Shown: positions 40,873-50,983 of the stretch, one piece after another
Layout: the number at the start of each line of letters is the position of its first letter
Numbering within the stretch: position 1 is the first letter of the stretch
Origin: a virus
Taxonomy: Duplodnaviria > Caudoviricetes
Reading direction: 5' to 3' (one strand)
IMG/VR virus record: IMGVR_UViG_3300030102_008735
Coordinates: 17,422 to 81,421 of that record
DNA: 64,000 nt
The notes under the pieces: model-generated
What the model saw: the letters and a program-made list of their open reading frames with translations, nothing else
The model's database searches: none
Told to the model about the DNA's origin: nothing
Made by a program: the position numbers and the translations under genes

Positions 40873-41172
40873 ATGAAACTAAAAAAATTAATCAATGAAC
40901 ATCATATTTTAGGAGATCTTCCATCATCAAAATTGAAAAAAATGAAGTGGAATCCAGTAACTGAAGAAGAAAAACTAGATGAAGCTCCAATGGATAAATC
41001 ATTTGCAAAAGATTTTGAAAAAAGTACAAATGCATTTATTAATCACGTTCAATCAGAAATGAAAAATTCAGATAGTGGAGCCGACAGATTGGTGTTTAAA
41101 AAAATGTTACAAAATCTTCGAACAGTACAAGGCTACCCACAATTAATGACAAGATTGGTAGGAAGTAAATAA
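40873..41172 (+). CDS. Putative internal head protein
   Basis: MKLKKLINE tag; KLDE junction; AGGAGA RBS. Confidence 0.6.
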   Translation: MKLKKLINEHHILGDLPSSKLKKMKWNPVTEEEKLDEAPMDKSFAKDFEKSTNAFINHVQSEMKNSDSGADRLVFKKMLQNLRTVQGYPQLMTRLVGSK

Positions 41173-41429
41173 TGCAAACATTTAATGATTCAGAATGGAG
41201 AAGAAAAATTCGTGAAACATCAATGACACGAGGATTTACAGCTGCTGTTGAAAAATTAAAAAAGGTTCAACTTCAACAACAGGAGCTTAGGAAAGATTTT
41301 GTGAAAGAACAAGATCCTAAAAAGAAAGAACAATTAAAAAATAAATTAGTGAAATTGCATAAAGATGTACAAAAGGCTGAGGCTGAATTCAATAAGGCAG
41401 TTTTAAACGAACCAATAGACTTGGACTAA
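41172..41429 (+). CDS. Coiled-coil protein, possibly of the same family
   Basis: KIRE junction followed by a helical hairpin. Confidence 0.55.
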   Translation: MQTFNDSEWRRKIRETSMTRGFTAAVEKLKKVQLQQQELRKDFVKEQDPKKKEQLKNKLVKLHKDVQKAEAEFNKAVLNEPIDLD

Positions 41430-41442
41430 AGGATATTAAATT

Positions 41443-41763
41443 ATGGCAAAACGAGCAAAAAAAGTAAAAAAAGTTGTTAAGAAAGCGGTTAAAAAGACCG
41501 TTAAAAAAGTTTTAGATAAAACAACTGTTGATGAAAAAGTGGTTAAACACGTAAATGAAAATAGAAGTTTATACAATTTAATTTTATGTTACATTAAATG
41601 TTATGGTGGATATGTATTAGCATTAGGAGCTGGTTGCACATTCGGCGTTAATATTTGGGCAGGATTAGGATTAATAGTTGCAGCAGCAGCTTGGGGATGG
41701 TGGTCTACATGTGGATGTAAATTATGTAAAGGAGGTAAAAAAGGAAGTTGCTGTAAGGAATAA
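41443..41763 (+). CDS. Small membrane protein (holin candidate)
   Basis: Lys-rich N-terminus, two hydrophobic segments, Cys-rich tail. Confidence 0.5.
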   Translation: MAKRAKKVKKVVKKAVKKTVKKVLDKTTVDEKVVKHVNENRSLYNLILCYIKCYGGYVLALGAGCTFGVNIWAGLGLIVAAAAWGWWSTCGCKLCKGGKKGSCCKE

Positions 41764-41768
41764 CTGTT

Positions 41769-42158
41769 ATGGATAAGTATGTTTATAGAGGTAAATTAGA
41801 AAGAGTTGTTGACGGAGATACTATTGATGCTCTTATTGATGTTGGCTTTGATATTTGGATTAAGAAAAGAATCAGATACAAAGGAATTGACTGTTGGGAA
41901 AGTAGAACTAGAGACTTAGAAGAAAAAAAGAAAGGCCTAGCTGCTAAAGAAAGAAATAAAGAGCTCTTAGAATCAGTGAGTTCTAAACCAGGACTTTTTA
42001 GATTAAAGAGTTATGGTGTTGGAAAATATGGTAGAGTTCTTGGTGAAATATTCATAGAGGATACAGAAGGTAAACAATATAGTATAAATGAAACTTTAAT
42101 AAACGAAGGCCATGCATATACATATGAAGGTGGTAAAAAAAAATTATTTAAAGGATAG
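41769..42158 (+). CDS. Thermonuclease (SNase) family protein
   Basis: RVVDGDT, RIRYKGIDCWE, GKYGRVLG, INETLINEGHA. Confidence 0.9.
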   Translation: MDKYVYRGKLERVVDGDTIDALIDVGFDIWIKKRIRYKGIDCWESRTRDLEEKKKGLAAKERNKELLESVSSKPGLFRLKSYGVGKYGRVLGEIFIEDTEGKQYSINETLINEGHAYTYEGGKKKLFKG

Positions 42159-42164
42159 AATATT

Positions 42165-42527
42165 ATGAAAATGAAAAACATACTTAGTGAAAAAGGCAAA
42201 GGACTTTGGCATAATATTCATGCAAAGAAAAAACGTGGTGAAAAATCAGATCCTAGATCTAAATCATATAAGGCAGCAGTAAAAGCAGGCGAGAAAATAA
42301 GAAGAAGTGAAACAACTAAGGACGGGGTTAATGTACCTGCACCACCAAATGTAACAGGACTTTTAAATGCCAACATGGATGAATTACTTATGGATATTAA
42401 TGATCCTAAAACATTAAAAGAATTAGCAAAAAAACTTTATGAAAAATTAGTTTTCTATAGGGACAAACAGAAGAGAATCAGAAGATTTGATACTGAAAAG
42501 AGTAAAAACGATAAATTAAGGAAGTAG
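42165..42527 (+). CDS. Putative internal head protein
   Basis: MKMKNILSE tag, then a GLWHNIHAKKKRGEK module. Confidence 0.6.
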   Translation: MKMKNILSEKGKGLWHNIHAKKKRGEKSDPRSKSYKAAVKAGEKIRRSETTKDGVNVPAPPNVTGLLNANMDELLMDINDPKTLKELAKKLYEKLVFYRDKQKRIRRFDTEKSKNDKLRK

Positions 42528-42559
42528 TTTTTACTATACTAAATAAAGGGGAAAATGTT

Positions 42560-42712
42560 ATGAAAGTTAATTGGATAAATGGCTTTGATGCCGGAAACAA
42601 AAAAGAGAAGTACTATCTTGAATTTAGAGTTGGTACTTTTACTATTTTAGAAATAAAATGGGAAAAATCTAGATTTAGATTTATGTTATTAAATATGGGA
42701 TTTGAAATATGA
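42560..42712 (+). CDS. 50-aa hypothetical protein (not in ORF track)
   Basis: MKVNWINGFDAGNKKEKYYLEFRVG...MGFEI*; ATGA overlap with 42709. Confidence 0.6.
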   Translation: MKVNWINGFDAGNKKEKYYLEFRVGTFTILEIKWEKSRFRFMLLNMGFEI

Positions 42713-45700
42713 AAAAATTTCTGTTCAGTTTATTGTTGTTACCACTGTTTGTAATTTCACAAGACACAATTGTTGATCCACCATCTTATGGGTCAATTAT
42801 GGAACCAGTCACTTTTAGATTGGATCTGAACGATATCACAGATGAGATACCTAATTATGAAGATGCACAAGTATTTATACAAACTAGTGTTGCAAATTGG
42901 GTTGACATACCAATGGAGGATATTGGAGGAAATGGTATATGGAGAAAGAATATTAATATTAGTCATCCGGAAGATGAAAACATAGATGTATTTTATAGAT
43001 TTAAGATAACATCTTTTGGTGATAATGGTTTACCATATACAATGTGGGAAGGAGGTAATGTAGATACTACTTGCCTTTTTGATCCCGGTACTCAAGGTTT
43101 AGCACAAGGTGATATAAGACAGATACTATTTCCGCAAGAGTTAATTGATAATGGTACTTATGTTAATCCAACAGGTGAATATAAATTAACACATTGCTTT
43201 AATGAATGTGGTAATGAACCATGCGCACCAGAAGTAATAATATATGATTCTTGGATCAATATAGATGTTCATACGGATGATTGGCCTGAAGAAACAACAT
43301 GGGAATTAGTAGATTCAAACGAAAATGTAATAGCAGAAGGTGGCCCATACGATTTAGATCAAACTTTATATAGTGAAATAGTAGAATTAAATTCGGGAGA
43401 ATATTATTATTTCTTATTTGATTCTTATGGTGATGGTTTATGGACAGGTGGGTATGTTGAAATAACAAATACATGTGATAGCGTATTATTTTTTCATGAA
43501 GGATCATTTACCGGAAATACAATTGAAGAAATAGAAAATGGTGCAGAGTGGGAACAAAATGAATTAATAGAATCATTAACAATTGCACCATGCGCTCCAC
43601 CAACATTAGGCTGTACAGATGAAATAGCAATCAATTTTAATGAAGAAGCATATGAAGACGACGGAACATGTGAATATTTAGAAGGATGTACAAATGAAAA
43701 TGCATCTAACTATGATCCAGAGGCGGCAGTATTTCCATCAGGACTAATTTTTCCAGGAGGTAGTTGTAATACCACTGTGTGGGGACAAAACTATTTTGGT
43801 GTAGATCCTGATTTTTATTTTAATGGAAACCAAGATATATTTGAAGTTGGTAATAAATTATACATAGGTGAAAATACTTTCTATGTAGATTTTGTTGCAG
43901 AGGTTCAAGGTAACTGTAATGCTCCAGCAGTATTAATTTATGTATGTTATACAGAGGCAGAAGCTGATGGAAACTTAGGAACATTTTCACCAGGACTAAA
44001 TGTTAATGCTGTAGTAGGTGAATATTGGTATATGGACCCATGTACATTTATTTATGGTTGTACAGATCCAAATGCATTAAACTTCAATCCTGAAGCAGGG
44101 GTTAATGACGGTTCTTGTATCAATATACCAGGTTGTACAGATCCAACATCTAATATGTACAATCCAGCAGCAACTATAGATGATGGTTCATGTGATGGAA
44201 CCGACATATCTTGTTCTCCAGGAAAGACGGTAGTAACAGTAGAAATAACATTAGATCAATATCAAGAAGAAACTGGCTGGGCAATTTATGACGGAGGAGG
44301 AACTGTATTGGATTTAGTTGCACCAGGAACATATAGTGATATTCCTGATTATGGTATTGTTGAAAAACAAGTTTGTATTGATAATGGAACATCAGTTTTA
44401 TTTAGTATAACAGATACTTATGGTGATGGTTTAGCTGGTTCAATATGGGGTGGTGTAGATGGATCTTGGATAGTATATACTCCTTGTGATACACTTTCAA
44501 CTGGTGGTGGTAATTTTGGTCCTATATTTCAAGAAAACATATTTGTTCAAGAATGTATTGATGAAGTAATACCAGGATGTACAGATTCTGATTATGTGGA
44601 ATATGATGTTTATGCTACAGAGGACGATGGAACTTGCTTAAATTTAAATGTTTATGGCTGTACAGATACTGATGCATATAATTACGATGAAGAAGCAACT
44701 TCAACACTATTTACTCCAAATTGTGATAATACATTAACATTGCAAGATTGGGGTGATAATGGCTGGGCTGGATCTTTCCTAGTAGTAACACAAGGTGATG
44801 ATTGGTGGGGACCATTTACATTGGAGTCAGACCAATTACAATTAGACACAGTTTTAAATTTAAATACATCTGAAATGGTAAACACTTATTTTTACTCCTT
44901 TGGAAATTCTCAACAAACGGCAGAACAATGTAGATTTACAATAACAAATCCAGTAGGATTGGTAATAGCAAACGGAGGAACAAATCCATATACAAATCCA
45001 ATACTATCTTACAATCAATATGGATTTATATACAAGGCAGAAGCTAAGTGTGGTGATAGTTGCATACCAAAAATTTATGGATGTTTAGATGAAGAGGCTA
45101 TTAATTATATAGCAACAGCAAATACAACTGATGGCTCATGTTATTACAATCCAGGTTGTGATAATGAAGCATATACTGAATATTATACTTACATAGATGA
45201 ATATGGAGTAGAAGCCGACTTTAATGATGGTTCATGCGAAGAGTTTGCAGTATTTGGATGTATGGATGATACACAATTTAATTTTGATTATAATGCAACA
45301 GTTAATGCAACAGCAATAGGGGATCCTACAGATCCATGTATACCTTACATATTAGGATGTACAGATGGAACTGCATTTAATTATGATCCAAATGCTAATT
45401 TTGATTTTGATGGATTGATTTGTGAACCGTTCATTTATGGATGTACTGATGAACTAGCATTTAATTACGATTCATCCGCTAACTCAGATAATGATTCTTG
45501 TATTCCAGTAGTTTATGGTTGTACTGAAGATGATGCCTTTAATTATGATATAGAAGCAAATGTAGATGATGAATCATGTATACCAGTAATAGAAGGATGT
45601 ACACAAACAAATCAATTTAATTATGATCCAGAAGCCAATACAGACGATGGTTCGTGTTATCCATTTGTTTATGGTTGTTTAAATCCTAATTCATATACCT

Positions 45701-47646
45701 ATAATGATTATGATAATGATGGTGTAGGAAATCCACTAACAGGAATAGATGGTGTAGATGTAAACACAAATAATAATTTATGTGAACCATTTATATACGG
45801 TTGTTTGGATGAAACAGCATTTAACTATAACCCTGAAGCAAATACAGAAGATGAAAACAATCCATGTGAGCCATTTGTTTATGGCTGTATGGATCCTACA
45901 CAATTTAACTTTAACATCAATGCAAATACGGATGATGGTTCATGTATTGAATATGTATATGGATGTACAGATCCAGAAGCATTTAATTATGATGAGTTAG
46001 CAAATACAAATGTTGGCTGTGTATCATTTGTTTATGGCTGCACAGATCCTGAAGCTTTTAATTACAATCCTCAAGCCAATACAGAAGATGGTAGTTGTGA
46101 AGAAGTAGTAATAGGATGTACAGATGATACAGCCAATAATTATAATGAACTAGCAAACACTAACTCAGGCTGCATATATCCATCATTAGGATGTACAGAT
46201 CCAGAAGCATTCAATTTTGACATCAATGCAAATGTTGATGATGGTAGTTGTGAAGAAGTAATAATTGGCTGCACCGACAATACTGCATTAAATTATGATG
46301 ACTTGGCGAATACTAATAGTGGATGCATTTATCCTATTTTAGGCTGTACAGATCTTGAAGCATTTAATTTTAATGTTAATGCAAATACAGATGACGGAAG
46401 TTGTGTTCCAGTTATAATTGGTTGTACTGATTCTACTGCTAATAATTATGATGAAACAGCAAATACTAATAGTGGATGTATTTATCCAGTACTTGGTTGT
46501 ACTGACCCCAATGCATTTAATTATGATGTTAATGCCAATGTAGATGATGATAGCTGTGAGCCAGTAATTATTGGTTGTACAGACGACACAGCTCTTAACT
46601 ATAACTCTTCTGCAAACACAAATTCAGGATGTACTTATGCAATATATGGATGTACAGATCCAAATGCATTTAACTATGATGTTAATGCAAATGTTAATAA
46701 TGGTTCATGTATAGATGTTGTAATTGGATGTACAGATTCAACCGCATTAAATTACAATTCAAATGCCAATACTAATAACGGTTGTATATATCCTATTTTA
46801 GGTTGTACGGATGAAGAAGCATTTAACTATAACTCAAATGCCAATACAGATGACGGAAGTTGTATTCCTCTTATATATGGATGTACAGATAATACAATGT
46901 GGAATTACAATGAAGAAGCAAATACTGAGAATGGTTCTTGTATAGAATTCGTTTATGGCTGTATGGATTCAACAGCATTTAATTATGATCCAACAGCCAA
47001 TACTGATAATGGAACTTGTATTCCATTTATTTATGGTTGTACAGATCCTAGTGCGTTTAACTATAATGTAGATGCAAACACTGAAGACTTTTCGTGTATT
47101 GAAGTTGTGATAGGTTGTACTGACCCAGATGCAATTAATTATGATCCACTGGCAAATACAGATTCAGGAGCTTGTATAGATGTATTAACAGGATGTACTG
47201 ACGTTGATGCATATAATTATAGTTTCACAGCAAATACAGACGACGGAAGTTGTGTTTATGATGCAGGATGTAGTGGAGGACCTGGTGTTCCATATTGGTT
47301 ACCTAATGAATGTTTTGCATGGGTAATATCAGTAGACGATGAATGTTGTGATGGAGAATGGGATTCATTCTGTGTTGAATTATATAATTACTGTGATTTA
47401 GGATGGCCTATAGATTTACAGGAAATAAATAGGGAATTATTAATATATCCAAACCCAGTTACAAATATGTTAACTATTTCTGGATATTATGATTCTAATG
47501 TTGATATTTATGATATGAAAGGACAACTAGTAATATCAAAGGAAAAAGCAAACAGCATAGATATGTCAAGATTACCAGCCGGCATATATAATTTAAAAGT
47601 TTTATATAACAATAAGATAATTAATCAAAGGATAACAAAACAATGA
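42709..47646 (+). CDS. Large secreted Cys-repeat protein with a C-terminal T9SS type A sorting domain
   Basis: Sec signal MKKFLFSLLLLPLFVIS-Q; about 33 GC(T/L/M)DxxAxN(Y/F)..A..D.GSC repeats; C-terminal LLIYPNPVTNML..IYDMKGQLV..LPAGIYNLKV..RITKQ. Confidence 0.9.
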   Translation: MKKFLFSLLLLPLFVISQDTIVDPPSYGSIMEPVTFRLDLNDITDEIPNYEDAQVFIQTSVANWVDIPMEDIGGNGIWRKNINISHPEDENIDVFYRFKITSFGDNGLPYTMWEGGNVDTTCLFDPGTQGLAQGDIRQILFPQELIDNGTYVNPTGEYKLTHCFNECGNEPCAPEVIIYDSWINIDVHTDDWPEETTWELVDSNENVIAEGGPYDLDQTLYSEIVELNSGEYYYFLFDSYGDGLWTGGYVEITNTCDSVLFFHEGSFTGNTIEEIENGAEWEQNELIESLTIAPCAPPTLGCTDEIAINFNEEAYEDDGTCEYLEGCTNENASNYDPEAAVFPSGLIFPGGSCNTTVWGQNYFGVDPDFYFNGNQDIFEVGNKLYIGENTFYVDFVAEVQGNCNAPAVLIYVCYTEAEADGNLGTFSPGLNVNAVVGEYWYMDPCTFIYGCTDPNALNFNPEAGVNDGSCINIPGCTDPTSNMYNPAATIDDGSCDGTDISCSPGKTVVTVEITLDQYQEETGWAIYDGGGTVLDLVAPGTYSDIPDYGIVEKQVCIDNGTSVLFSITDTYGDGLAGSIWGGVDGSWIVYTPCDTLSTGGGNFGPIFQENIFVQECIDEVIPGCTDSDYVEYDVYATEDDGTCLNLNVYGCTDTDAYNYDEEATSTLFTPNCDNTLTLQDWGDNGWAGSFLVVTQGDDWWGPFTLESDQLQLDTVLNLNTSEMVNTYFYSFGNSQQTAEQCRFTITNPVGLVIANGGTNPYTNPILSYNQYGFIYKAEAKCGDSCIPKIYGCLDEEAINYIATANTTDGSCYYNPGCDNEAYTEYYTYIDEYGVEADFNDGSCEEFAVFGCMDDTQFNFDYNATVNATAIGDPTDPCIPYILGCTDGTAFNYDPNANFDFDGLICEPFIYGCTDELAFNYDSSANSDNDSCIPVVYGCTEDDAFNYDIEANVDDESCIPVIEGCTQTNQFNYDPEANTDDGSCYPFVYGCLNPNSYTYNDYDNDGVGNPLTGIDGVDVNTNNNLCEPFIYGCLDETAFNYNPEANTEDENNPCEPFVYGCMDPTQFNFNINANTDDGSCIEYVYGCTDPEAFNYDELANTNVGCVSFVYGCTDPEAFNYNPQANTEDGSCEEVVIGCTDDTANNYNELANTNSGCIYPSLGCTDPEAFNFDINANVDDGSCEEVIIGCTDNTALNYDDLANTNSGCIYPILGCTDLEAFNFNVNANTDDGSCVPVIIGCTDSTANNYDETANTNSGCIYPVLGCTDPNAFNYDVNANVDDDSCEPVIIGCTDDTALNYNSSANTNSGCTYAIYGCTDPNAFNYDVNANVNNGSCIDVVIGCTDSTALNYNSNANTNNGCIYPILGCTDEEAFNYNSNANTDDGSCIPLIYGCTDNTMWNYNEEANTENGSCIEFVYGCMDSTAFNYDPTANTDNGTCIPFIYGCTDPSAFNYNVDANTEDFSCIEVVIGCTDPDAINYDPLANTDSGACIDVLTGCTDVDAYNYSFTANTDDGSCVYDAGCSGGPGVPYWLPNECFAWVISVDDECCDGEWDSFCVELYNYCDLGWPIDLQEINRELLIYPNPVTNMLTISGYYDSNVDIYDMKGQLVISKEKANSIDMSRLPAGIYNLKVLYNNKIINQRITKQ
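45961..46878 (+). repeat. Six tandem 153-bp (25+26 aa) higher-order units within the GCTD repeat array
   Basis: GC starts at 45961, 46036, 46114, 46189 ... 46726, 46801, alternating 75/78 nt. Confidence 0.85.
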
Positions 47647-47861
47647 GAATATTACTAATAACAATAATTATGACATTAAGTTCATGCATGGTATCACAAA
47701 AATCATTTGAAGATAAATGTTGTAAAATAGAATCAGAAATTGAAGAATTAAAAAGTAGATGTAATGGTATGGATTTAAAAGAACAAATTTTAAGACAAGC
47801 TATTGAAGATTTACAAGATAAACAAGAACTAAAACCACCTCACGACCCGGCAAATGAATAA
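47643..47861 (+). CDS. Lipoprotein with coiled coil
   Basis: Lipobox LSSC. Confidence 0.7.
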   Translation: MRILLITIIMTLSSCMVSQKSFEDKCCKIESEIEELKSRCNGMDLKEQILRQAIEDLQDKQELKPPHDPANE

Positions 47862-48387
47862 ATCAATTTACATATTACTAATTTTAATATTATCAGGTTG
47901 TTATGTAACTTCATATACACCAGATCCAATATATGAAGATAATTATCATTCATCTGAAGTTTATTGGGCAAATGATTATGAAATAGGTGGTGATCCTTAT
48001 TGGGGATATTGGAGTGGATTCTATTACTATTATGGTGTTCCCCATTATTATCCTTGGTGGTATTACTATCAGTTTATACCTCCATATCACTATCATGTAC
48101 ATTCCCATATACATATTCAATGTAATAATGGAAACTATGTTTATGGACATAGGGGAACAGTAATAAATAATAAAATTGAAAAGAAATTTATTCCAACCAT
48201 TAAATCAAAAAATAATAGTGATAAATCATTTGTATTTCCAAAAAACTGGAAAAGAGATAGTGGTATAAAATATAATATAAATAAATTAAACTATAATAGG
48301 ACTTTTGGAAAACAATACAGAAGTAATTCAATAAATAAACAAAATAATAACCGAAACAAAATAAATACAACGAGGCGAAAAAAATGA
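47854..48387 (+). CDS. Tyr/Trp-rich lipoprotein with a basic tail
   Basis: Lipobox LSGC; YWGYW..YYPWWYYY. Confidence 0.75.
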   Translation: MNKSIYILLILILSGCYVTSYTPDPIYEDNYHSSEVYWANDYEIGGDPYWGYWSGFYYYYGVPHYYPWWYYYQFIPPYHYHVHSHIHIQCNNGNYVYGHRGTVINNKIEKKFIPTIKSKNNSDKSFVFPKNWKRDSGIKYNINKLNYNRTFGKQYRSNSINKQNNNRNKINTTRRKK

Positions 48388-49442
48388 AAAAGATTCTAGT
48401 TTTATTATTACTTCCTCTACTATGTTTATCTCAAAAAGATGATAAAAAATTTAATCTAGGTAAAGAAGTAAAAAAAGTTTTTAAGTTTTCAACATTCTAT
48501 GCAGGGGCTAATGGGGGATCATCATTAACGGATGATAATATATATTCTATAACAACTGGCACATTAGATCAAGGAATAATTGAAACTCCGTTTGATTATT
48601 CAATTATATTTGGGGTAAGAAAAATTGCAAGATTTGGATACTTACCTAAAGAATCATTTAAAAAAGGAAATGAAAATTCTTTTTCAGATGCAGCTACTAT
48701 GGGTAAGGTAACAGGATTTGAGTTTTTATTTGAGGCTGAATATAAAAGACAGCAAGGTTTAACATTTTTTGATCAACATCATTTTTTAAGATATGTTGCT
48801 GATAGGTGGATGACCAAAGCTGAATTTGTAAAGGATGGATTTGCTGATATTGAATACTTTGAAGCATCATTAAGATATAGATTAAAAGTAAATAGAAAAC
48901 TATCATTTACAGTAGGAACGGCACAAAGACTATCTGAACCTTATGGATTTAATCCACTAGACGATTGGATATTACAAAATGGTAATTTGCATTATACATA
49001 TTTAGCACTACAAGAAGGATATGAAATAGATCCATTCAATGAAGTATACACAGACCCAAGTGGAAAAGTAGTCGCAAATTCAAATGAAGTATGGGAAGAA
49101 GTTGTTATACCTCAAATGCTAGATGATTACGTAATAAGCGAAAAGAATAAACTACCAAATGTTTGGAATTACTCAGTGATTGCAGGATTTGATTACTATA
49201 GTTACAAAAAAGATTATTGGTTACATGCATGGGGTAATGTTTTACCATTGCATTGGTTAGATGATAATGAATATTCATATAATACGTTTAATGGTGGAAA
49301 TTGGATAGATTATAGTGGAGGTTTAATCTTTGGATATTGGTTTAATAAAAATATGGGAATATTTATAGAAGGTAAATATAACAAATATTGGAATAGAGAA
49401 TGGCACAATTTTAGCTTTGGTGTCAATTACAAGATATTTTAG
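48384..49442 (+). CDS. Putative outer-membrane beta-barrel protein
   Basis: Signal peptide, alternating aromatic strands, C-terminal FGVNYKIF beta-signal. Confidence 0.75.
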   Translation: MKKILVLLLLPLLCLSQKDDKKFNLGKEVKKVFKFSTFYAGANGGSSLTDDNIYSITTGTLDQGIIETPFDYSIIFGVRKIARFGYLPKESFKKGNENSFSDAATMGKVTGFEFLFEAEYKRQQGLTFFDQHHFLRYVADRWMTKAEFVKDGFADIEYFEASLRYRLKVNRKLSFTVGTAQRLSEPYGFNPLDDWILQNGNLHYTYLALQEGYEIDPFNEVYTDPSGKVVANSNEVWEEVVIPQMLDDYVISEKNKLPNVWNYSVIAGFDYYSYKKDYWLHAWGNVLPLHWLDDNEYSYNTFNGGNWIDYSGGLIFGYWFNKNMGIFIEGKYNKYWNREWHNFSFGVNYKIF

Positions 49443-49452
49443 GAGATAAATA

Positions 49453-49737
49453 ATGGCAAAAGAATTAAATGAAGATACCTCGTTTAAGGTTAGTATAAAA
49501 ACATTAGGAGCTATCGCCGTGTTTATTTTTACCATAGTTGGTCTATGGTTTACACTACAGGCAGATATTGCAGAAGCAAAGGAATTACCTGTACCTCCTC
49601 CTGCTGATGTAACAAGGATGGAATTTGATATGAAGGATAAAAACATACGATTGACTATTCAGAATACACAAAAAGATGTTGAAGAAATAAAAGAAGATCT
49701 TAGGCGTATTGAGGATAAAATCGATAGATTAAAATAA
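49453..49737 (+). CDS. Single-TM coiled-coil protein
   Basis: TM LGAIAVFIFTIVGLWF followed by heptads. Confidence 0.7.
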   Translation: MAKELNEDTSFKVSIKTLGAIAVFIFTIVGLWFTLQADIAEAKELPVPPPADVTRMEFDMKDKNIRLTIQNTQKDVEEIKEDLRRIEDKIDRLK

Positions 49738-49748
49738 GGAATTAGAGT

Positions 49749-50087
49749 ATGAAAAAATTATTAACATTATTATTATTAGTTCCATTTTTATGTTTGTCTC
49801 AAACACCTTGTGACGAAGATATTTGTGTAGTACAATTTAATGCTGCATGGAATTCAGGAAATGATGTAGAGTGGCACGGTAAATTAAAAGACTGTGAAAT
49901 TAAATACATAGACATTGCAGCAAATCCAACAGCCGGTACTAAATATAAAATAACAGTTGTACCAACAATTATAGTTTTTAATGGTGAAGAAGTTAAAAGA
50001 TTTGAGGCAGATATTTCATTTGCAATCAAAGAATCAAAGGGCGATATACAAGAAGTTGTAGACGAACTTGTAATGGATCAATTCTGA
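49749..50087 (+). CDS. Secreted thioredoxin-fold protein lacking CxxC
   Basis: Signal peptide; VVQFNAAWN replaces F.A.WC; VVPTIIVF.GEEV.RF. Confidence 0.75.
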   Translation: MKKLLTLLLLVPFLCLSQTPCDEDICVVQFNAAWNSGNDVEWHGKLKDCEIKYIDIAANPTAGTKYKITVVPTIIVFNGEEVKRFEADISFAIKESKGDIQEVVDELVMDQF

Positions 50088-50275
50088 TGTCACATAAAGT
50101 TTTCATTCGCCACACATACATTTACAAGTGCTCAGACGAAGAGTGTGGAGGTGAATGGAAAATAAATGAAGCAGTTGATCTTGAAAGATTAAACTGTCCC
50201 CACTGTGGTAAAAATGATACAGTTCACTATGTAATGGTGGATCAAAGAGAGAAGTATCAAAGAAAATGGGAATAA
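50087..50275 (+). CDS. Zn-finger protein
   Basis: CSDEEC...CPHCG. Confidence 0.7.
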   Translation: MSHKVFIRHTYIYKCSDEECGGEWKINEAVDLERLNCPHCGKNDTVHYVMVDQREKYQRKWE

Positions 50276-50338
50276 CTACCACTTAAATTATCCGTTTGTA
50301 TATGTCTTTATTATCCTTAATTTGATATTTATTATTGT

Positions 50339-50983
50339 ATGAAATCATTAATGAACATATTAAATATGGATAAAATTGTGTACACTCAGAATGTATTACC
50401 TAAACATGAAAAGAAATTAAAAAGTCATGGTGGTATGTTTGAGGATTTTGACATATTTCAATTTAAAGCACTACCTCCACCAAATAATAGTTCATTAAAA
50501 ACAAAACAAGAAATAAGATACATACAAAACATTCCAAAAAATGAAAAGGTAATTTTGGCAACTGATGACATAACAAAATACTTTGGTGACTACATCAATG
50601 ATATAGGTTATACATTTCCAGAGGATAAGATTGAAAACATCCTTCAGGATTCATCTAAAGTGATATTGAAACTCAAATATCATCATAATAGGCCTAGGCC
50701 AAAACAAATGGCAGATATACTTGGAATGGATTTAGATACAACATATACGGACACAATGGAAACTCCATCATACCCTAGTGGCCACTCTACGCAAGGAATA
50801 TTAGTTGCACTTATTCTTAGTGACCAATATCCTGAATTAAGAACAACATTAATGGATATGGGAAAAAAAGTATCATTTGCAAGACTTTCGGCAAAGGCAC
50901 ACTATCCAAGTGATTCAAATTTTGGAGAAGAATTAGGAATTGCATTGTATAAACATTATGTAAAAGATAGGAGCAAAAAGTGA
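50339..50983 (+). CDS. PAP2/vanadium haloperoxidase-family phosphatase
   Basis: KYHHNRPRP, PSYPSGH, RLSAKAHYPSD. Confidence 0.9.
   Translation: MKSLMNILNMDKIVYTQNVLPKHEKKLKSHGGMFEDFDIFQFKALPPPNNSSLKTKQEIRYIQNIPKNEKVILATDDITKYFGDYINDIGYTFPEDKIENILQDSSKVILKLKYHHNRPRPKQMADILGMDLDTTYTDTMETPSYPSGHSTQGILVALILSDQYPELRTTLMDMGKKVSFARLSAKAHYPSDSNFGEELGIALYKHYVKDRSKK

Noticed and set aside
45340-47260. Regularly spaced repeats as a CRISPR array or DGR target
   Set aside because: The repeats are in-frame coding units that vary at synonymous positions; no unique spacers, reverse transcriptase or adenine-specific TR/VR pair
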